Assembly: GCA_963820525.1 (NCBI GenBank)
Contig: CAWGAA010000001.1
Coordinates: 3,139,909 to 3,203,908, forward strand
Direction of reading: 5' to 3'
DNA length: 64,000 nt
From: an uncultured Spirochaetota bacterium
Lineage (GTDB): Bacteria; Spirochaetota; Spirochaetia; SZUA-6; Fen-1364
The position numbers and the translations under genes are program-made. Of the stretch, positions 61,529 through 64,000 are shown one piece after another (the first letter of the stretch is position 1; the number at the start of each line of letters is the position of its first letter). A model generated the notes under the pieces. That model worked only from the letters and a program-made list of their open reading frames with translations, ran no database searches and was not told the DNA's origin.

Positions 61529-61717
61529 AATAATCACACTCAAGGGAAGAAGGAGACGAAGAGACGTCGCAGCGCGGATACCGCAGCGAGTGCCGCAGAG
61601 CGTCTCGCGCATCGGCGCTCTCGCCGTCTCGGCTTCGCGCGTCAGCTGCGCGGGCTCCAACGCCTGCCGCACCGACGCCTGTCCGCACTTTGCCTCGCGG
61701 AAAGTGCGGGGGAAAAT

Positions 61718-64000
<2,283 letters not shown>

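Overview
GC-rich bacterial chromosomal window. The gene content (FapA/DUF342, STAS-zinc ribbon, conserved hypotheticals) suggests a free-living Spirochaetota lineage, but this is inference only. From left to right: (1) an MBL-fold hydrolase and a serine hydrolase; (2) about 24 kb of signal transduction genes, including a Wsp-like chemosensory operon (CheW, CheR-TPR, CheW, MCP, CheA-REC, CheB) feeding two histidine kinases, a REC-HD-GYP phosphodiesterase and a REC-adenylate cyclase, plus a PAS kinase/NarL pair, a PP2C phosphatase/STAS pair and a kinase-REC-FapA operon; (3) a livKHMGF-type ABC transporter, an OYE-family oxidoreductase, parvulin, lipoproteins, vWA and Crp-like proteins and thioredoxin; (4) gene debris at about 38.8-40 kb; (5) a sugar/polyol catabolic cluster joined to a low-GC cassette with a sugar ABC transporter and a psicose/tagatose 3-epimerase-family gene; (6) a frameshift-riddled 7-kb block (CUT1 ABC transporter, transaldolase, DeoR, xylulokinase-like kinase, Gre-like factor); (7) the 3' end of an rRNA operon (23S partial, 5S) on the minus strand. 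Two observations stand out. First, three truncated 5S rRNA-derived copies (52952, 53982, 61225) resemble each other more than the intact 5S, keep a compensatory base pair and sit among GC-rich structured modules; one carries a 51-bp insertion flanked by a 5-bp duplication. Second, a tandem ABC-ATPase duplication shows complementary motif degeneration that recreates the asymmetric RbsA architecture from two separate genes. No integrase, transposase, tRNA or CRISPR array was seen.
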